Of a stretch of DNA of 64,000 bases, positions 58,552-64,000 are shown piece by piece. The DNA is from an uncultured Candidatus Saccharibacteria bacterium (GTDB lineage Bacteria; Patescibacteriota; Saccharimonadia; Saccharimonadales; AWTP1-31). The stretch covers positions 11,949-75,948 of the forward strand of contig CAYPDT010000004.1 of the NCBI GenBank assembly GCA_964409615.1, in the 5' to 3' direction. The notes under the pieces were generated by a model that made no database searches, was not told where the DNA came from, and was given only the letters and a program-made list of their open reading frames with translations. Made by a program: the position numbers and the translations under genes. Numbering within the stretch: the stretch's first letter is position 1; the number at the start of each line of letters is the position of its first letter.

Positions 58552-59464
58552 TGGTGGCCTCCTTAAAAATTTCTTTGCGCAACCAAAGTCTCTTTGCCAC
58601 GGCTATATCATCGTCAAATTCTACGGCCAAGACTTTCTCGAGCCATAACTTTGTTGGCTGGTGGCTAGTATAAAAGCAACTCACACCCTGGTGCATATCC
58701 AAGATATTGAGGTACCAACTGTCAGACTGCTTAGTTAGTAAGTCTTTTGCTACTGGTCCAAATGTATCAATGATTTGTTGTGCGTTGAGCACCATCAGTT
58801 GGCCAACAGCGACCGGCTGGCTGTGGTCGGGGTATGTGATAAGTTTTGTATCGTTTGCGAGGGCAGTAGGAAAATCTTGCAACAGATATTCTTGACACTG
58901 TCGCAGGTAACTCTCTGCCCAATCGCCATCAAGTGAAGCAACGCTACATACCGCTGCATACGCGGCGTGGTCGCGAGGTGTCGTTAAGGTTGCTTTAAAG
59001 TTTAAAGTATTATCGATAATACCAGCTGCCAACAGTTCGGCGACAGCTGGTGGCATAGTGTCTAGCTTGCCATGCTGCTTCCACTGCTCTACGACCAATG
59101 TGCAGGCTGCACCGATAAACTCAATGCTGGCACCGTTACCTATCCGTTCTTGCCAGTACGATTCATGCCCCACGTGATGGTCAATGATGCCCACTACCCG
59201 CTCAGGGGCAATCAGTGTGTCGAAATATTCAGGATTGGATAGGTCGATAACTACAAAGGTATCGTCTGCCCGGGGTTGGTATGTACGGGTAAACCCTACA
59301 TCTAGCTTTTGTTGGGCAGGTGTAATGCTACTGTTGAACGGTGCCGTACTAACCGCTATTGACTCTTCACCGAGTTGGCGAAGCAGTTCGGCATAGGCAA
59401 CGATGCCCGCATAGGCATCTATGTCAAGATAGTCCTTACCCGCCGTAACGATGATACGTGGCAT
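58541..59464 (-). CDS. DHH-family phosphoesterase (family II PPase / PPX1-like layout)
   Basis: 307 aa. DIDAYAG, VVIDLS and GIIDHH motifs in the order of the DHH motifs I-III. Confidence 0.7.
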   Translation of the reverse strand: MPRIIVTAGKDYLDIDAYAGIVAYAELLRQLGEESIAVSTAPFNSSITPAQQKLDVGFTRTYQPRADDTFVVIDLSNPEYFDTLIAPERVVGIIDHHVGHESYWQERIGNGASIEFIGAACTLVVEQWKQHGKLDTMPPAVAELLAAGIIDNTLNFKATLTTPRDHAAYAAVCSVASLDGDWAESYLRQCQEYLLQDFPTALANDTKLITYPDHSQPVAVGQLMVLNAQQIIDTFGPVAKDLLTKQSDSWYLNILDMHQGVSCFYTSHQPTKLWLEKVLAVEFDDDIAVAKRLWLRKEIFKEATNEQ

Positions 59465-59465
59465 A

Positions 59466-59999
59466 CTAGGCTTCTGTGGTCCAGCGCTCCTGGCACTCTT
59501 GGATGGTCTTTTTCGCGTCTTCTGCTGTACCCCAACCTAGTACTTTAGTACTTCCGGGCTTCTTGAGGTCTTTGTAGTGGTTAAAGTGGTGTTCAACCTG
59601 CTTGAGCCATTGTGCTGGCAGGTCATCTAACGATTTGATTGCGTCTCCGGTATGACGGTCATCTGCGGGTACAACAACTACTTTGTGATCCATCTCGTTG
59701 TCGTCTTCGAAATTCATTATGCCAATGACTCGAGCTTCAAGCGCAATGCCAGTCGGGATTGGCTCGTCACAGATAAGCAGAATGTCGAGTTCGTCACCAT
59801 CTTCATCAAGCGTTTGTGGAATAAATCCGTAGTTACATGGCTTGGCAAAAATGCCAGGTTCTACACGGTCTAGTTCGAAGATAGCTTTTTTGCGATTCCA
59901 TTCAATCTTGAGCTTAGAGCCCATTGGAATTTCAGTTACAACGTTGATGATGCCGTCGGCCACATTACCAGCGTCTAGAATTTTATTATAATCAGCCAT
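59466..59999 (-). CDS. ppa: Inorganic pyrophosphatase (family I)
   Basis: 177 aa. EIPMGS..K.E, DGDELDILLI and VVVVPADD motifs. Confidence 0.92.
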   Translation of the reverse strand: MADYNKILDAGNVADGIINVVTEIPMGSKLKIEWNRKKAIFELDRVEPGIFAKPCNYGFIPQTLDEDGDELDILLICDEPIPTGIALEARVIGIMNFEDDNEMDHKVVVVPADDRHTGDAIKSLDDLPAQWLKQVEHHFNHYKDLKKPGSTKVLGWGTAEDAKKTIQECQERWTTEA

Positions 60000-60053
60000 A
60001 CATACTCCTTTTTGGTCATTTCAATCAGATATATTGTACACTAAGTAGTAAGT

Positions 60054-60740
60054 ATGAGAATAATAGCCCACCGGGGCGCAAAGGGCCTTGCCCCCGAAAA
60101 TACCATTGCCAGTATTAAAGCTGGTGCCAAAAGCAAAGCTGACGCTATTGAGTTTGATATCCGAGTGTCTTCGGATGATAAATTAGTACTTTCGCACGAC
60201 GCTTCTTTAAAGCGTACCCATGGAGTCAAGAAAAAGGTACATGATATGAAGGCTTCGGAGATACGCAAGGTGCAGTCACCCGAAGGTCATGGCGTTCCAA
60301 CACTAGCAGAGGCAATGCAAGCAGCCGGTGATAAGCCGTTATTCATCGAAGGAAAACGCGAAAACTGGGCCGTTCCCCTAGCTAAAGCCCTGGCTAAACA
60401 CCCCAACCGGGAGCGTCTGACGGTTATTTCGTTTGATCATCAAGCACTCGATCAGTTCTCGCAACTATGCCCTGACATTCCTGTGTATGTTCTTGAGCAT
60501 CGCAACCCCTTGGATGCCATAAATGCTGCCCGTATTTATGGTTTTAATGGCATAGATGTTAACTTTTGGACGCTCAACCCACTCGTCTATTGGCTCGCAC
60601 GACGGCACAAACTAGAGATAACTGTCTACACTGTTAATAAACTCTGGCAGGCACGTCTCTTACTGCGGCTCTACCCGGCAATTAATATTACTACCGATCA
60701 TCCGCACCTACTGCAAGCTATTAAGGGTAGGCGTACCTAA
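60054..60740 (+). CDS. Glycerophosphodiester phosphodiesterase family protein
   Basis: 228 aa. IIAHRGAKGLAPENT, EFDIRVSSD. Confidence 0.85.
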   Translation: MRIIAHRGAKGLAPENTIASIKAGAKSKADAIEFDIRVSSDDKLVLSHDASLKRTHGVKKKVHDMKASEIRKVQSPEGHGVPTLAEAMQAAGDKPLFIEGKRENWAVPLAKALAKHPNRERLTVISFDHQALDQFSQLCPDIPVYVLEHRNPLDAINAARIYGFNGIDVNFWTLNPLVYWLARRHKLEITVYTVNKLWQARLLLRLYPAINITTDHPHLLQAIKGRRT

Positions 60741-60745
60741 TTCAT

Positions 60746-61420
60746 ATGCTGGCAACATTGCATCACATTGAGCACGAGACGCCAAATATTGCTACCTTTT
60801 ACTTTACGACGCCTCGGCCATTACGATATGTTGCTGGGCAGTTTATCGAGATGACATTGCCGCACGTCAGCCCCGATGAGCGAGGTATAAAACGCTGGTT
60901 TACATTGTCTTCGGCGCCAGGCCACGAGCTGATCAGCGTCACTACAAAGCATGCCGAGAAGTCGAGTACTTTTAAGGCACAGTTATGGAATTTAAAGCCC
61001 GGCGAAACGGTGGATATTAGCGAGCCAATGGGTGATTTTGTACTACCTAAAGACCCCAATACATTGTTAGTCTTTATTGCTGGTGGTGTTGGAATAACCC
61101 CATTCCATTCTATTATTCAATGGCTAGTAGATACCGGGCAAACTCGTAGCATTCAGTTGGTATACTCAGTTCATTCGCAAGATGATTTACTCTTCAGTAC
61201 ATTGCTTGCACATGACTTTATACAAGTTATTACTCGCGTAGACCAGCCCCAATTAACGGCAAAAGATATTGATACACTGGTGGGCGGATTCGATGGTAAG
61301 CAGTTATTTATATCAGGACCAGAACCAATGACCGAAAGTATTGTGAAGCAGTTAACTGAAGATTACGGTATAACTCAAGATAAGCTCATCACCGATTACT
61401 TCCCTGGCTACCCAATATAA
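60746..61420 (+). CDS. FNR-like FAD/NAD(P)-binding oxidoreductase
   Basis: 224 aa. RWFTLSS (RxYS-type FAD motif), GGVGITP NAD(P) motif. Confidence 0.8.
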   Translation: MLATLHHIEHETPNIATFYFTTPRPLRYVAGQFIEMTLPHVSPDERGIKRWFTLSSAPGHELISVTTKHAEKSSTFKAQLWNLKPGETVDISEPMGDFVLPKDPNTLLVFIAGGVGITPFHSIIQWLVDTGQTRSIQLVYSVHSQDDLLFSTLLAHDFIQVITRVDQPQLTAKDIDTLVGGFDGKQLFISGPEPMTESIVKQLTEDYGITQDKLITDYFPGYPI

Positions 61421-61428
61421 TTTATGTA

Positions 61429-62406
61429 CTAATCGACTTGTTGTTTCATGTGATCCAAGTATTCTCGTATCATCAGAGCGGCTGTAGCACCCTCTCCAGT
61501 AGCGCTTGCTATCTGCATGGTCGCTCCGCTGCGCACATCACCAGCGGCGTAGACGCCCTTCATGTTGGTCTGAAGCTCACCATTTGTTTTGATAAGACCT
61601 ATACTATCAAGTTCAATGGGGCTGTCTTTTAAGAACTGTGTATTTGGGGCAAGTCCAACAAAGATAAACACACCATCAGTCTCGAATTTTACTTTTTTGC
61701 CAGTTGTGGTGTGAGTACTGTCGACATGAGTCACCATGCCGGCTTCGCCAGCAATTTCGTCGGTTGTATGGTTGAGGTGTACGCTAATCTTGTCTTTGTG
61801 CTTTGCGAGTTCTTTTACTAGCACTTCACTGGCGCGGAATGAATCTCCACGAACAAGCAGGTCAATATGACTAGCAAAACGCGTCAAGAAGATTGCTTCT
61901 TGTACGGCTGAGTTTCCGCCACCAACTACCACGAGTCTTTTATCGCGGTAGAAGGCTCCATCGCAGGTCGCACAATAATGTACGCCTCGAGCATAGTACT
62001 CTTGCTCACCTGGTACGCCAATTTTCTTATAATCGCTGCCGGTGGCTATCAATATGGCACGAGCCTTTATGTCACCGCTGGTAGTTTTGAGTGTCTTGTA
62101 ATCTTTGCCGTCGACAATTTCTGTGACTTCACCAAGTTCGATGACTGCACCAAATCGCTCAGCTTGCAGACGCAACTTATCGGCTAACTCGAGCCCAGCT
62201 ACACCTTCTGGGAACCCAGGATAGTTATCAACCCAATCAGTAATTGCAGCTAATCCACCAATAACACCTTTTTCGAAGAGTAATGTCGTGATATCTTCAC
62301 GTGTGGTATACACTGCAGCGCTGAGTGCGGCAGGGCCAGCACCAATCATTACTACATCCCACACGCGGTGGGCGGTAGCGTCGAGCACTTTCTTTTGTTC
62401 TGACAT
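61429..62406 (-). CDS. trxB: Thioredoxin-disulfide reductase
   Basis: 325 aa. GAGPAA, CATCDG redox centre, GGGNSA. Confidence 0.95.
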   Translation of the reverse strand: MSEQKKVLDATAHRVWDVVMIGAGPAALSAAVYTTREDITTLLFEKGVIGGLAAITDWVDNYPGFPEGVAGLELADKLRLQAERFGAVIELGEVTEIVDGKDYKTLKTTSGDIKARAILIATGSDYKKIGVPGEQEYYARGVHYCATCDGAFYRDKRLVVVGGGNSAVQEAIFLTRFASHIDLLVRGDSFRASEVLVKELAKHKDKISVHLNHTTDEIAGEAGMVTHVDSTHTTTGKKVKFETDGVFIFVGLAPNTQFLKDSPIELDSIGLIKTNGELQTNMKGVYAAGDVRSGATMQIASATGEGATAALMIREYLDHMKQQVD

Positions 62407-62506
62407 GCTGGTCCCCTAACCTTACAATTATTGTAGCTATCTTAGCGTACTTAATCTGTATGTATCAATAGTACTTTAGCCAGTAGTTACATTGTGAAGT
62501 AGTAAT

Positions 62507-62755
62507 CTATGAAACGGCTGGTGCAAGCTTGGCTAGGTTGTAGCCGACTACAACTTCTTTGGAGTCATCTTCTTTGGTGATGATGGTTACAGGTACGGCA
62601 AGCTGACCGCTCATTTCGAAGGCTTCTTTTTGGCGTTCAGGATGTTCGTCGAGATTAACTTCGTTGTAGCTGTGGCCTTTAGCGCCAAGCCATTTCTTTA
62701 CCATTACGCAGTATGCGCACGTGTTGGTAGTAAAAATCGTTATATCCTTTGCCAT
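62507..62755 (-). CDS. Glutaredoxin-like protein (NrdH/Grx family)
   Basis: 82 aa. CAYC active site early in a thioredoxin fold. GGGAGG SD. Confidence 0.8.
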   Translation of the reverse strand: MAKDITIFTTNTCAYCVMVKKWLGAKGHSYNEVNLDEHPERQKEAFEMSGQLAVPVTIITKEDDSKEVVVGYNLAKLAPAVS

Positions 62756-62891
62756 GATAGGCCTCCCTGAGTTAATTGTTTTACGTTTTTATTTGTGAGG
62801 TTACTTCATTATAACTAGCGTAAGCAATATGAGTCAATACACCATATATTGTGTTTTCTACAGCTTTTATGGCTAATTTACTGGGTAACGT

Positions 62892-63452
62892 CTACTTGTT
62901 GATGCTAACAAGTTCAATGTCGAATACGAGGTCGGAATTAGCTGGAATACCGTTTTGTGACTGCGCGCCGTATGCTTTAGCAGCAGGAATAATCAGACGT
63001 CGTTTGCCGCCGACTTTCATGCCCGGAATACCTTCTTGCCAGCCCTGAATAAGGCCACTGAGAGCGCTCGTAAATGGTTGACCTGCATCGTGTGAGCTTT
63101 GGAAGATCACACCAGTACTTACCAGTGCGCCTGTGTAGTGTGCGGTGATTGTTTCACCAGCCTGAACTTCATCGCCGGTACCTTCGGTTAAGTCAATCTT
63201 TTGTAGTTCTGTTACGGCTTCACCTGGTGTAAAGTCTGCTAATTTTGTTCCTTCCAATTTACCCTCCTTGGTCTTATTTTCGATAGATTTATTTTGAGTA
63301 GTGTTTTGGTTCGTGTTCTGGTTTGCTTTGTTGCGCCTATTTTCTTGGTGCATTTCCCAAATTACCAATCCACTGAACCCTAGTGATGTTACTAGGAAAA
63401 GTAGCGCTAGCACGATGGCAGCAATACGATGACTAACTTTTGTCTGAGACAT
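62892..63452 (-). CDS. Membrane-anchored FKBP-type peptidyl-prolyl isomerase
   Basis: 186 aa. N-terminal TM, HYTGAL...FQSS...F and GWQEGIPGMKVGGKRRLIIP motifs. Confidence 0.88.
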   Translation of the reverse strand: MSQTKVSHRIAAIVLALLFLVTSLGFSGLVIWEMHQENRRNKANQNTNQNTTQNKSIENKTKEGKLEGTKLADFTPGEAVTELQKIDLTEGTGDEVQAGETITAHYTGALVSTGVIFQSSHDAGQPFTSALSGLIQGWQEGIPGMKVGGKRRLIIPAAKAYGAQSQNGIPANSDLVFDIELVSINK

Positions 63453-63528
63453 ACAACCCCTCGATATTTACTTAATCATTATAACAGAGTGCGAGTTCAC
63501 TTAAGTATGGCTATGTTGATAACACAAC

Positions 63529-63978
63529 TTAAATTTCAGCTTTGAAGGTTTGTGGCTGTTCTGGAAAACCGTTTTTATAGTGCCTAAGAATCTTCTGAGC
63601 CAACTTCTTAGGTACAAATGGTACGTTTTGGAGTTGGTTCAGCGGTAACCACATAGGGGTATAGATATTCTGCCCACCTTTATTTATCTTGCGCTCGTCT
63701 GCATCTGGATGAAGAATTGGTACACCAGAAATATAGTCACAGACATAAATATACTGAGTGCCGTAGGGTTCGTTGGCTTCCTCGACATATACCAGTCGAG
63801 GATTAGCGGTATGAACCATTGTCTCTTCATGGATTTCACGTAGCAGCGCTTTTTCGAGGCTCTCACCTAGCCCAACATGTCCACCAATAAGTGTGTAGTA
63901 CTGCTTACCGAACTTATCACGCTTCATGACAAGCAGATTGTCATCTTCGATGATGATTGCTCTTACGCCTCTTTTCAT
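63529..63978 (-). CDS. NUDIX hydrolase
   Basis: 149 aa. Nudix box GGHVGLGESLEKALLREIHEETM. Confidence 0.8.
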   Translation of the reverse strand: MKRGVRAIIIEDDNLLVMKRDKFGKQYYTLIGGHVGLGESLEKALLREIHEETMVHTANPRLVYVEEANEPYGTQYIYVCDYISGVPILHPDADERKINKGGQNIYTPMWLPLNQLQNVPFVPKKLAQKILRHYKNGFPEQPQTFKAEI

Positions 63979-64000
63979 ACCATAAGTATACCGTAAAGCG

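Overview
Gene-dense 64-kb chromosomal segment of a reduced-genome bacterium with a Gram-positive-type gene repertoire. I call about 63 CDS (mostly minus strand), one tRNA-Leu(UAG), and several intrinsic terminators and promoter-like or operator-like sites. I saw no rRNA, CRISPR array, transposase, integrase or phage genes. All long ORFs are intact under the standard code, so there is no sign of UGA recoding. The gene content is most consistent with a CPR/Patescibacteria lineage such as Saccharibacteria, but that is inference, not a database result. Supporting content: split transketolase, clpC-radA synteny without ctsR/mcsAB, gatCAB, an orphan PilB-type ATPase, three NUDIX genes, a compact pentose-phosphate and lower-glycolysis cluster, strong GGAGG-type SDs, and many short lineage-specific ORFs. 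Housekeeping genes: hisS, rsmD, recG, tyrS, PBP1A, radA, clpC, nusA, pepN, rnhB, yraN, rplS, malic enzyme, pilB/gspE, dnaE, galU, gatCAB, uvrB, fba, tkt (N and C halves), rpe, rpiB, gap, ppa, trxB. Best candidates for something undescribed: (1) a soluble T4CP/HerA-like P-loop ATPase translationally coupled to a Cys-rich, beta-solenoid-like 237-aa protein. It has a palindromic operator and a divergent 405-aa unknown gene, followed by a 108-bp GC-rich inverted-repeat element. (2) An ORF413 / LOG(TIGR00725)-like / His-rich ORF204 cassette wedged between sugar-phosphate genes and uvrB. (3) Regulatory oddities: a perfect CIRCE on the clpC promoter, a terminator in the nusA leader, and an orphan terminator with alternative-pairing repeats upstream of the ORF222-hisS operon. 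(4) A voltage-sensor-only membrane protein. (5) Unknown ORFs inserted into the gatCAB and pentose-phosphate operons using the same overlap junctions as bona fide operon partners. All functional calls rest on motif recognition by eye; no searches were run.
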